From assembly GCA_951406725.2 (NCBI GenBank), contig OX597826.1, forward strand, positions 35,898,001 through 35,962,000: a stretch of DNA of 64,000 nt, given 5' to 3'. The notes under the pieces are model-generated. The model had not been told where the DNA came from and made no database searches. It saw only the letters and a program-made list of their open reading frames with translations. Made by a program: the position numbers and the translations under genes. Shown piece by piece: positions 28,646 to 42,170 of the stretch (its first letter is position 1; each line of letters begins with the position of its first letter). Source of the stretch: Octopus vulgaris (lineage: Eukaryota).

Positions 28646-29142
28646 ATGTATATAGATATTACATATGCATTCTACTTTTCCCATAATCAAAAATATTTGG
28701 CCTCTCATCTCACAGACCCATGACAGAACATTTCTCTGAAATATTGGTTTTGTACTTGGTTTGTTCCATTACCATCAAACACTTTACTGTAGGGGTTGTG
28801 CTGCTTTGAAACTAAATCCTTCAATCATCCTTCATTTTAGCAGGGATTTTCACTTTCTGGGTGCTTTTCCTCCTGCTCATGTCATTTTGTTGCATGGACC
28901 TGGTGCTCTTTATTGCACCACAGTTACTGGGGTTCTTGTGTGCTGCAAAATTGAAGAATCACTTGTACCCATCACATATATATGTGTGTGTGTGCATATG
29001 TGTGTGGGTGCGTGTATATATATATAGTTGGAATTTACAAAAAAAAACAAAAGACGAAGGCAGGTGTGTAAACAACAAACAGGTGTATTAGTCTAATGCT
29101 CAGAGAGAATTAAAAAAGCTTTAGTGACTAGCGGTCGATCAT

Positions 29143-29760
29143 ATGCACAGATAATACAAACACACACACACTCACACACCACTTATATATAGATATGTGT
29201 ATATGATGTATACATGAGTAAATTAGATATACCTTTGTGAGTATGTATTCATATATGTGTGTTCGTGTGTGTGCAGGGTGTGTATATATATATATATATA
29301 TTTTGTCCAACCCATGCTAGCATGGAAAGCGGACGTTAAACGATGATGATGATGATGATGATGATGATATATACACATGCACAGATAATACACACACACA
29401 CAAACTCACACACCATATATATATAAATATGTGTACATGTGCATACATGAGTAAATTATATATACCTTTGTGTGTATGTATTCATATATGTGTGTGGGTG
29501 TGTGTTTGTATGTGAGTGTGGGGGGTGTGGAGATTGGAGCCTGGTGCAGCCATCTGGTTTGCCAGTCCTCAGTCAAATCATCCATCCCATGCTAGCATGG
29601 AAAGTGGACGTTAAACGATGATGATAATGATGATGATGATGATGATATATATGTATATATATATACACACTCACACACCACATATATATAGATATGTGAA
29701 TATGCATACATGAGTAAATTATATATACCTTTGTGTGTATCTATTCATATACATGTGTGT
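29143..29760 (+). repeat. Three copies of a ~100-130 bp flank separated by two SINE-B 3' ends
   Basis: Anchor tacatgagtaaatta at 29211, 29444 and 29707; SINE tails at 29305-29368 and 29531-29645. Confidence 0.85.
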
Positions 29761-30211
29761 GTGTGCATGTAATATTGCATGTCAGATCAGAAGAATACAC
29801 TGGATTAACATTGCTATAATTTACATTGCATGATTGAGTGGAAGAAAAAAATAAGATTACCATTTCTTTTCCTTATCATCTATTTCATATTTTTATCTAT
29901 TTCATGTTTTTAATGTTACATATTTGAATATCAGTACCTGAGCAATCTCATAAAATGCCCATAATTGCTTGTTGCTGCACCCATAATCCACCCCTGCCAC
30001 CCTAGTTTGACAAGAAATTGTTCTAATATTTTGGTGACAGCAATAACCTACATTACTTTTACTGTCACAATTTGGGCAACTTTAGCAGCATTATGGAAAG
30101 ATGTGTCTTCCATGTGGGGATGAATCCAACATGGCTGGCCCTTTGAATTACAGGTCATCATTATCATTATCGTCATTTGGGTTCCATTTTCCATGCTGGT
30201 GTGTGTTAGGC

Positions 30212-30407
30212 CAGGGGTCTCCAAACTTTTTAGACCATCGACCCCCTTCATGGAATCCTTGACCCCCTCATCGATCCCACCAGGTATGTACAAGAAAATT
30301 AATAAATAATGATAATAATTTAGATGTTCAGTTTCAGGCATTTTCTGATCCCTTGAATAGTCTCATCAACCCCCAGGGGTCGATATCGACCACTTTGGAG
30401 ACCCTTG
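30212..30407. mobile_element. hAT (Charlie-like) MITE, 196 bp, nested in a minus-strand SINE-B (~30155-30520)
   Basis: TIRs caggggtctccaaa / tttggagacccttg; 8-bp TSD tgttaggc (30204-30211) / tgttagac (30408-30415). Confidence 0.9.
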
Positions 30408-31185
30408 TGTTAGACTTTTTACCTGAAACTGGTAAGCTAGGGATCTGTGTCAGGCTCTAGTCTGTTTTGTCTTGGTTCTTATAGCTGGATATCCTTCCTA
30501 ATGCCAACCATTCAACAGAGGTACTACTCGTTTTTACCAGCTGGGTAGACTGGAGCAATGTGAAATTAAGTGTCTTGCTCAAGAACACAACATATTGGCA
30601 AAGACTCTACGCATGATCTTGAGCCAAATGCTCTAACCATCAAGACATATGCCTTCACCCTGAATATCCTTAGCATCTTTCTGAAGAGATATGGGTCACC
30701 TACCATGGTGACTTATCAAGGATAGCTCTAGTGCCATGAAGACATACCTTCCTCAAGAGACAAGACAATGGTTTGTCACAAACTGTGGTTGTTCTGTGGT
30801 AATTTGTCCTAAATGCAGTGGGTATGGCTTCACAGCTTGAGAGAGGTGAATCGTCTCAGAAGTTGGAAAATTGATCAAAAAACAATTCACAAAAATAACT
30901 GTGCTCTACTTGCAGGGTGACATTGGTTTAACAGTGAAAGCAACCCATTTTGGTAGGTAATTACTCTGAGAAACCCTAACAAAGTGCACAGCCAGCATTT
31001 TACTCCTGGCAAACTCTTTAGTGCTTATCATATGATAAAATCCACTCAGGTTGGTGACCGCAGCAATATTTACAAAATAAAATTGCTAAAACTCAAAACA
31101 GTCACAAAGTCAGTGAAAAAACCCACAGCATGATTAGAGGATTATGATTGCACAGGACTGGGATATGTATGTATGTATATACATA

Positions 31186-31350
31186 TATCATCATCATCAT
31201 CATTGTTTAATATCTGCCCTTCTATGCTGGCATGGGTTGGACGGCTTGACAGGAGCTGGCCAAGCAGAAGACTGCACCAGATACCTGTGTTTGTTTTGCC
31301 ATGGTTTTTACAGCTGGATGCTCTTCCTACCACCAACCACCCAGCAGCAT
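31186..31350 (-). mobile_element. SINE family B 3' part
   Basis: (cat)n tail then catgggttggacgg...tacagctggatgctcttccta. Confidence 0.8.
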
Positions 31351-31369
31351 GGACTATATATATATATCG

Positions 31370-31838
31370 GGGTGCAAAGAGCACCATACAAGTGTGATCG
31401 TTGACAGAGCGGCTATTCGAGTATGATCGTTACCAGTGGCACCTTACTGGCAGTTGTGCCTGTGCTAGTAGGATGCCAAGAGCACCATCCGAGTGTGATC
31501 GTTGCCAGAGCAGCCAACTGGCTTCCTTTCCCGTGGCACGCAAAAGGGCACCATTCAAGCGTGATCGTTACCAACGTCGCTTCACTGGCACCTGTGAAAA
31601 GATTTGAGCGAGGTCGTTGCCAGTGCTGCCTGACTGGCCCCCATGCCGGTGGCATGTAAAAAGCACCCACTACACTCCTGGAGTGGTTGGCATTAGGAAG
31701 GGCATCCAGCTGTAGAAACTCTGCCAGATCAAGATTGGAGCCTGGTGCAGCCATCTGGCTCACCAGCCCTTAGTCAAAATCATCCAACCCATGCTAGCAT
31801 GGAAAGCAGACATTAAACGATGATGATGATGATGATGC
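31370..31838 (+). mobile_element. SINE family B long copy with an internal 5' tandem array
   Basis: Five variants of caccattcgagcgtgatcgttaccag (31380-31625), then the family B body and (GAT)n tail. Confidence 0.8.
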
Positions 31839-31911
31839 ACACATATATATAAGCATGCATATGCATATATATATGTGATTGTGTACGCATGTGGATATGT
31901 ATACATAGATG

Positions 31912-32160
31912 TACAGTTGTTCGGTGGAAGACATATCAGGCATTCAAAAACACGCAAAAACGGTTAAGTTTAGTTAAAAATTTATTTTTTTTAGTTATTT
32001 GGTGTAAAACTTTTCATCACATGAAATGTGTTTTGGTTTCTAAAGTTTAAGTGAAATTAACAGATTTTTGAGTGGTTTTGAGAGGCTAACGCGAGTCTTC
32101 CATGCTGTAAGTATTTGTTTCAACATGCACTCTCAGATCGAATCACTTGCCTAGCAAATA
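31912..32160. mobile_element. Non-autonomous repeat with subterminal inverted repeats (possibly Helitron/Helentron-like); related piece at ~51410-51610
   Basis: tggaagac..caaaaacacgcaaaaacggttaa vs ttaacagatttttgagtggtttttga..gtcttcca; shared end tctcaNatcNaatcacttgcNtagca. Confidence 0.4.
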
Positions 32161-32169
32161 AACCCTCAC

Positions 32170-32880
32170 ACACACACACACACACATATAGAAAGAGAAT
32201 GCATACACATATGCATACAAACATGCACACACACAAATGCACACATATATATACACACACACATATATATAGAGAGAATGCATATAAACATGCACACACA
32301 CATATATGGAGAGAATGAACACATGCATACAAACATGCACACATACACACACATGTAGAGAGAGAATGCACACACACATGCATACAAACATGCACACACA
32401 CAAATGCACACATATATACACACACACATATATAGAGAGAGAATGCATATAAACATGCACACACACATATATGGAGAGAATGAACACATGCATACAAACA
32501 TGCACACATACACACACATATAGAGAGAGAATGCACACACACATGCATACAAACATGCACACACACAAATGCACACATATATACACACACACATATATAT
32601 AGAGAGAATGCATATAAACATGCACACACACATATATGGAGAGAATGAACACATGCATACAAACATGCACACATACACACACATATAGAGAGAGAATGCA
32701 CACACACATACATACAAACATGCATACACACACACAAACACACATATAGAGAAAGAGAATGCACACACATGCATACAAACCTGTACACATACACACACAC
32801 ACACAGAAATACATATACATGCATACAAATACGCACACACATACATATATACAGAGAGAAAGAAATGCATACACATGCAT
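32170..32880. repeat. Higher-order minisatellite, period ~165 bp, built from gagagaatgca + (CA)/(TA) subunits
   Basis: ggagagaatgaacacatgc recurs at ~32308, 32472 and 32638; explains the ~250-300 aa CVCM ORFs. Confidence 0.9.
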
Positions 32881-33536
32881 GCAAATACACACACACACAC
32901 ACACATAGATATGCTACATTATACTGCTGTATGCATGTTATAAGATAAGGATTTACTTTGAAGTTTGATAAAAAAAAAGGATACATTTCTAAACAAGAGA
33001 AATAATGTAAAATTTCCAAATAATTCTTTCTGAGAATAAATTAATATAAACAGTTGTTAAATCAATCAGAAAGCCAGTGTATGTTTCCATCAGGTGATTA
33101 TCAGATATGTTATAAGTATATAACATGTATAAATAATTATTTTTGCAATAAAGTACATGTAAATATTTGTTAAAACTATTAGAAAGTTAATAGATCTAAT
33201 AACTATAAAATTTCATTGAGTTATCACCACACATGGGATATGGTTGTTTATACTACAATGGGAACTAACAGATTCGATAACTATAAATAGAAATTGAGTG
33301 TGTGTTTGCATACAAATACATACTGGCATAAATATATATGTGTGTATACACATACATACAGACATATATATATATATATATATACAAATATATATAAAAA
33401 ATAGAGAATATTCTTTTCTATTGTAGGCACAAGACCCGATATTTTTGGGGAGGGGGCTAGTCGATTAGATTGACCCCAGTGCACATACTAGTACTTAATT
33501 TATTGACCGTAATATATGTGTGTGTGTGTTCGCACA

Positions 33537-33815
33537 TGCTGACCAAAACCTTGTGAGTAGATTTGGTAGGCAGAAACTGAAAGAAGCCCATCATATATAT
33601 GTATATGTTTGTGTGTCTGTGTTCGTCCTTCCGCCATCACTTGACAACTGATGTTGATGTCTTTTACGTCCTCATAACTTAGCAGTTCAGCAAAAGAGAC
33701 CAACAGAATAATTATCAGGCTTACAAAGAATAAGTTCTGAAGTCGATTTGTTTTGACTAAAGGTGGTGCTCCAGCATGGCCACAGACAAATGACTGAAAC
33801 AAGTAAAAGAATAAA
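33537..33815 (+). mobile_element. SINE family A, 5'-truncated
   Basis: Homologous to 22600-22880. Confidence 0.85.
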
Positions 33816-33874
33816 GGAATATATCATGCATGTATATAGATAGCTGTTGGTGATATTTCTCCTCTTCACTTTTC

Positions 33875-33920
33875 CGTTTTTCTTTCTGATGAAGAGCTAT
33901 GCTCGAAACGTCAAAAACCC
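33875..33920 (+). ncRNA. Minimal type I hammerhead ribozyme motif (Penelope/retrozyme type)
   Basis: ttt-CTGATGA-A-GAGC-tat-GCTC-GAAA-CG-TC-aaa: intact core, 4-bp stem II, palindromic ACGT stem III, GUC site ending at 33912. Confidence 0.7.
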
Positions 33921-35621
33921 TCTCCTTTTCCCATCTTTACTGAGCGTTGAACTAATACATTCCATGTGTACGTCCTCTTGTTGTTTTGTTATTGTTATTT
34001 TTAATGTTCGATTATTCAATTCGACTATATAAATAGACATATTAGTTGATAGATATACAATGGGCGTCTACTCAGTTCCTGTCTACCATAGCTATTCACA
34101 AGGTATTGGTCAGCCCATAGCTACATTTGAATGAACTTGCTCAACTTGCTGTGCAGTGGGATTGAACCCAAAAGCCACATGGTTGCAAAGCAACCATCTG
34201 AACCACACAACCACACCTGTGTATGTTTGTCCTCATGAAGTCTGAAACTGACATTGAAGGGTCAGATTGTTACATTGGGCAATTAATTAGTTGTAGCCAA
34301 AAGAGTCGTTATTCAAAAGGCGGAGGTAAAGAATGGAGATAACACAATGAAATAACGATAAATACAATGATTATAAAGAAATAAACTGACCAGGAAGAAA
34401 TTTGCTATAACGGCGCTTACTATTGGAATTATCACTCCAATGATAAATATTTTCTGGGAGAATGCTGGACAGGAAGTTAACGGATTGAAACGAAACAGTG
34501 GCAATTATCTTGTCTTTGAGTATTCTTCAAGAGTATTCATCTTTATTACAGCCATGACCACCACCACCACCATTGTAGTCATTGTTGCTGTCAACATCGT
34601 CATCATCAGCACCACTATCATCATAAACAATATCATCATCATTATCAACATTATCACTATCTACAATGAAGATGCCTCTACATGGTACATAGATTCGCTT
34701 GAGACAGAGTCCATAACACATCTCTCATAAAATTTTCAAGAATACATGAGAAAACACTTGGAATAATGTGTTGTTGTCTTTCGGGATTGCGGAATGGCTG
34801 ACATGCTAAAACCTTAAGTAAATGATTTTCAGTACTTGTTTCATCTCTTTACATTCTGGGTTGAAATTCTGCTGAAATCAACTTTGATTTTTCATCTTTC
34901 TGAGGTCAGTAAGTTATAATAAAATATGAAAAAATTCCCATGAAATACTGGGATCAATGTATTGATTACACTTCTCCCTTATTGAGAGCTTTATCATAAG
35001 GAAAAGGAACAAAATATTTATACTGTTATCAATATATGCTACCGGTTTCAATCAATTTAAAAGACAATTTAGTCATGGGGAAATATAAGGGAAAATAAAT
35101 CGAAATAAATTGAATAAAATTAATCATTCATGATATCATTTGTGAAATTTCACATGGTTTTCTTAAAAAAAAAACAACTAGTGCTGGTGTTTTCCTTCCC
35201 TCTGATGGCGGGTGGTTTATAGTAGTGGTTTATAGCCGTCAATGACAGTTTTTCTCTGTACTTAAAGAGCAACTATTAGTAGCAGCTGCAGTTGTAGAGG
35301 CTATAGTAGTCATAGTAGAGAGCTTATCAGTCCCCAAAGTAGAAGTAGCAGGAGCAGCTTTAGCCATTGTTGTGGTATCAGAGGGAGTTGTGGTTCTGCA
35401 GCAGTAGTAGCAGGAGTACAAGGAGGAGTTGATGCTGTTGTGGTAGTGGCAGCAGCAGTCTTCTAAAGGAAAGTATGCAAAGGGCTTTAATAGAAGAGAC
35501 TATCCCAAAGGGCCATGTGGGAAGCAAACATCTTAACCATATGTCCATGCATTCATACACACACAAACGCATGTATATATGTATGCACGTATGTATATAT
35601 ACATGTGTATATATATATATA

Positions 35622-36141
<520 letters not shown>

Positions 36142-36661
36142 AATATATATATCAATGTGTGTGTATGTACACATACATAAATCATTCTATGACTAATATG
36201 TCTTCATTGTGTGTACATTTTGCTACATCCATTTCAAGGTATTGAACGGACAAAGTGATCTCCATACACATAATGCTTATTGCCAGTACGAATCAATAAA
36301 TTTGATTTCTAACCAAAGCTATAAATTAATGGAGCTAAATAGAGTTATAGATAGATATATATGTTTGATTTAACCTCCAAGTGGATTTAGCAATACAAAT
36401 CTTGCGTTAATCAATAACCTTTTTGAATAACAGAATCTACAAGTTTCTATAGACTTGTTTTGTTGTGGTTGTTGTTGTTGTTTTTGTACATAATGATATG
36501 TGTGTGTTTTTCTTTTTTTTTTATTCTACATTTATAGCAAATATCATATCATAAATATGTGTGTATATCAGTATATGTGTGTATATCAGTATATGTGTGT
36601 GTGCATGTATGTATGTTTATATGTATGTATGTATAGTCTCTCTCTCACTCTCTCTCTCTCT

Positions 36662-36717
<56 letters not shown>

Positions 36718-36930
36718 ATAAATATATATATATGTATATATACATATATATATATATGTGTGTGTATCTATATATATATATATATACATATGTATGTATG
36801 TATACATATATATACATATATGTATGTGTGTGTGTCTATAAATATATATATGTGTGTGTGTGTAGATAGATAAATATAGATATAGGTGTACAAATATAGA
36901 TATAATTATATATAATGCATATGTATATTG

Positions 36931-36967
<37 letters not shown>

Positions 36968-37508
36968 TTATGGTTATGTGTGTGAATATACATATACACA
37001 CACATACATGCACACATGTACATATATAGGTGCCAGTATGTATGTATACATATGTGTATGAATGTAGTTATATACACGAATTATATAAATATGATTATGC
37101 CTATATATATGTATGCATATGTGTATATATAAATATATATGTGTGTGTGTGTGTGTGTGTGTAACTGTGCATGTGTATTTGTGGGGGTGTGTAATAATGT
37201 GTTCTGCTGCAACCAATGCAAGAAGTTTCACATGAAAGCTAAAAAAACTGTGGCCATTTCCTGTTTCGAGATGAATTAATATTTATGTAATTTCAGATTA
37301 ATTCATCTAATACACACATAAACATTATGAGTGTATATATAATTATATGACTATATATACAAACATGTGTGTGTGTGTCAAAAATGTGTGTTTACATATA
37401 TCCATATAAATTTATCTATATCTCTCTCCCTCAATCTATCTATCTATTGATCTATCTATTTATATGTGTCTCTGTGTGTTTGTGTGTATGTAAGTTCATG
37501 TATACACA

Positions 37509-37574
<66 letters not shown>

Positions 37575-37992
37575 AATGCATGTGTGTGTATGTAAGTTTA
37601 CATATGTGTGTGTATGTGTGTGAGTGTGTATGTATGCACCTATATTATATATGTGTAAGCATATTGGCTTTGTGGTTTGGGTATTGGTTTCATGATCCTT
37701 AGGTTGTGGGTTCAATTCACCAGGTGGCCAATGTTTTTTGTCATTGATCATGACTCTTCCGTTCATATTCTGTGTCCACTCAGCAGAAGACGGACTACAG
37801 TAACAGCTGTGTATGTGTGTTTGCGCATATGTGTATATGTGTGTGATTGTATGTGTGTGCCTGTATGTGTGTGTGTGTGCATCAGTGTACATAGATGAAG
37901 GTATAGCCAAGGAGTTAAGCAGTTTGTTTCACAACCATGAGGTTTCTGGTTTAATTCCACTAGAGGCCATCTTTGCTCAGATAAAGGATTTA

Positions 37993-38190
37993 TCATCATC
38001 ATCATCATCATCATCGTTTAACTTCCGTTCTCCATGCTCGCATGGGTTGGATGGTTCGACTGGGGATCTGGGAAGCCAGAAGGCTGCACCAAGCTCCAGT
38101 CTGATCTGGCAGTGTTTCTACAGCTTGATGCCCTTCCTAACGCCAACCACTCCGTGAGTCTAGTGGGTGCTTTTTACATGCCACCAGCAT
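37993..38190 (-). mobile_element. SINE family B
   Basis: (cat)n cgtttaac...gcccttcctaacgccaaccactcc. Confidence 0.85.
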
Positions 38191-41008
38191 ATAAATGAAA
38201 TTCAAGAGACAAACACTGCATAGAAGACAACAAGTAGACTGTAGGTGGAATTCAAAGATCTAATCTTGTCCCAGCAGATTGTAAGTATTTCTCTTGAGAA
38301 TCGTAAGTGAAGAAATGGGAATAGTCAATCATTTCACATTTTTATTCAGTCAGTAGGATCTCGACCTCATCAGACATATGGATGTTCATATATTTTTCTA
38401 TATATATCAACAGTCAGTTTTGTCTACACACACACATACAAATTTGTATGTATCATATCTATCCGTCTTTCTCTCTCTCTATCTCTCTTTATATATATAT
38501 GTATATATATATATCTCTTCGAATGAGTGGACACATGAAAGAAGGGCAATCAACCAATTTATTGGGAGTTTTGGGAGTTACATGTATGGATCAAAACAGT
38601 TTGATCCATATATACATATATACAAACACACTTGCACACACTCATACACAACGTAAATATATATGTATGTATAATTATATATGCACACACACACATATGT
38701 ATACTTAGGCATACATGTGTACAAGCATGTATTAAAAATTAAATCTCCTAAAGTTTCTGAAATTTTTACTTTCAGTTTCATGTGACTTATTATAGAAATG
38801 ATTAAAAAATGGAAGCAGTGTGACAATATATAAGAAAAAATATTTGTAAGTACATTGAAATTTTGTTAATTCAACCATCGAACCAAATAACTCTTAGAAG
38901 CTGTATCATACATTCGTGTATTCATTTGTTGTATACATTAATATATATATATTCATTTAGTCACATGTAAATATTTGTTAAATTATCATTTCTTCAGTAT
39001 GACGCACCATCAAATAACTGAAAGCAATGAAGCTTGTTATTTTTAATGTAAGCTCAGTGTTGTTTAATGATTTGTATTTTTGTCAATATATAAGAATCTT
39101 TCAATTTAAGGCAATTCCATTACATGACAAGTAAGCTATTTAAACTTGTTGTAATTAGGGAAATTCTTCAGTAATAATATTGAAAATATTCACTATTTCT
39201 GCTCATTTATTCAAAATTCTAAACTGTTTTAATGGGATATTAAACATCTCTGAGAGGTAAAATTAACAGTTTTTAATTCCATTAATGATGAGGGATGCAT
39301 GTTCTACTGTACACTAATGGATTTTGTGAATAATAATATCCTTTAAAAACCAGATATATTAGGAGATTGTAGTGGTGAGAAACTCCCTATATTGTGGATA
39401 TTTTTTAGTAAAGAATTTACACATAACAAATATAGTATTTTGTTTCCTTTTGTTTACAAGAGAGACTTTAAATTGATAAACCAACGTTTTAGACCGACAA
39501 GTGTTTCTAATATTGCAGATATTAGAGTTGCAGCAGTTATACAAATGGGACAAGATTTCTGTGTTCATACTGAGTAGCTTTGTCATAGTTATACTGACTA
39601 AAGTTGTAATCATATTTATGATGTAATTTTAGCTCAATTCCCAATTTAATATATATATGACCTATAGGGAAATGTTTGTCAATAAGGATTAGGATTCTCC
39701 TAGTGATGCTGGAATGAACATTTATACTACATGGTAGATTGTACCCTGTAATATTTCCTCTATTATTTTTCAGTTTGTATATTAGTGAGTGTGTGTATGT
39801 TTGTAATCATATGTTTTATATATGACATATTCTATCATGGGAACCATTACCTTTTAATGTGTCCTTGCAATAATGAGAGCAAGGTTAAAAGTGTGACATT
39901 AATAAGATAGACATGCATTCACTTCTATTAAGTTTATAAAAGAAGGAGTCCCTATGGAAATATACCTGAAATGCACAATTCTCATATTTTAGAAATGACT
40001 CTGCTATGAAGAGTTCAATTTTAGCTGCAATAATGAAATATTCTTTGCATGAGATAAGAATAGTCTCAGAACGAATGATGGTAGGAAGGAATCCATCACC
40101 ATATTCTTAAAATTTGGTGGAAAGATGACGGTGGAACTTTAAATCCAGGATTATTGGTAATGTTTGAGTTTACTGGAATATTTAAATTACATGAAAGCGT
40201 TAAAGAAAATTAATTTGTTGGTTTTACAGACATTGATTGAATATTCTCAAACAAGAATTAATTAGTGAATTATTAAAGATACGTCTTGAGTGACAAGAAA
40301 AAAATGTCAGAAAGATGTTCTGATTGATAATTCATATTAGGAAAGTTAAATAGCTAGCATGAATGATGAATAGGGTCGTATAAACATATTTGTGTTTGTG
40401 TGTGTGTATGTGTGTATGTGTGTGTGTGTGTTTTTCTTTGTCTTGCCATCGTATGATTTGTTGTAAATATGTGTCACCATCACATAAAATGCTTCATGCT
40501 TTTCCAATATTCTGCAAAAACATGTCTGGCCACCTTATTTGGAATCAGGTAAGGATTGACAAATGGTCATAGAAAATCTGTCTCTATAAATGCTGTCCGA
40601 CCTGTCCAGGTACAGAAAAGTGTGTGTCAAAGCGATGATGATGCTCATGAAACTCACACACACACACACATCTTAAGCTGAATAATCATGAAACTAGAGT
40701 ATCCCTAATCCAAATAAAGAACTTGATGCGTGCTTAGAACAGAGAATGTATAATTAATTTGGTTGAGACTTTCATACAATGAGTAATTTGTTTCAGCAAT
40801 TTTAGAACTTTATCAGATTTTCTCTGATAAAGCAGTAAAAAAATGGTGGAACAAATTGCAGCAACTTGTAAGAATAAAAATGAATTATAATGTTTGCGTG
40901 TGTGTGTGTGTGTATATACATACACACACACACACACAAGTACATATACATACCTGTATACATGCATGTGCGTGTGCATATATATACATGCATATATATA
41001 TATATATA

Positions 41009-41066
<58 letters not shown>

Positions 41067-41849
41067 GAGAGAGTTGGTGGAGGGGTTTAGTGAATAGATA
41101 GATTGATTCATTGACTGACAGTTGGATAAATTAAAAAAATAAATATTTTAGCAGAATGGCTGATTGAATAGTTTGGCCTACAAATAAATACAGAGACTGA
41201 AAAGCTGAGTGTGGTGAAACGGAGAAAAGTAGAGACATATTAACCAGTGCTGAATCTCAGAGACAAATATGCAGACAGCTAGTGAACAGAATAACAGACA
41301 GACAAGCAACTACCAGATATTCTGGTTGTGAGGAAAGACAGAAATATTAATATTTCAAAAGGACAATTTAAAAATCAACAACTAGAAATCTCAGATGATT
41401 GCAATATTTTTTAGTCCCATTAACAAAGTGAATACTGAAAGTACAATACCATTAATTTTGATGGCCTTATTTAGTGAGTATATTAACTGACAACAACTAC
41501 ATTTCTTCTCATGTCATCCAGTTATAAATGAGAAATTTCAATAGAGTTTATTATAAATTAAATTATCTCTAAATATACATCTCGGTAAATATATACAAAT
41601 CACCTTCATGACAGTTAAACATCTACAGTGGACAAACAATAAAACTGCAAATTGTAGAATTTGAATAAGTAAGACAGACTTGGCATTTTTCTTCATATTT
41701 GTCTTTCCGAAAATCTATTTTTATGAATTGCAAGTTTGCTTCTTGTTTAGTTTTGCTTTTAGTGCTAGTCTATTCAAGCACACACACACACACATGCACA
41801 CACACACACGCACACACATACGCGTGCGCGCGCACACACATGCACACAC

Positions 41850-41861
41850 AGATAGACAGAC

Positions 41862-41900
<39 letters not shown>

Positions 41901-42093
41901 GAGATAGAGAGAGAGAGATAGAGAGATAGATAGAGAGATAGATAGATAGATAGATAGACTGATAGATAAATAGAGAGATTGAGTGATAGATAGATAGATA
42001 GATATATAGACAGACAGACAAACAGATAGATAAACAGATAGATAGACAGAGAGACAGACACATAGAGACATATATTTAGATAGATAGATAGAC

Positions 42094-42170
<77 letters not shown>
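41850..42170. repeat. (GATA)n microsatellite (also (CTAT)n at 52395-52470)
   Basis: Direct periodicity. Confidence 0.95.

Noticed and set aside
31380-31625. Repeat-spacer pattern resembling a CRISPR array
   Set aside because: Degenerate repeats, irregular spacers, embedded in a eukaryotic SINE-like element, no cas genes
32120-33019. 299-aa Cys-rich ORF
   Set aside because: Product of the ~165-bp minisatellite; all three minus frames are open
38340-38380. Minus-strand CTGATGA-GGTC-GA-GATC
   Set aside because: No GAAA box after stem II, so not a hammerhead
39519-39626. Plus-strand acceptor followed by tail-anchor-like ILELQQLYKWDKISVFILSSFVIVILTKVVIIFMM*
   Set aside because: Hydrophobicity expected from T-rich DNA; no homology or partner exons
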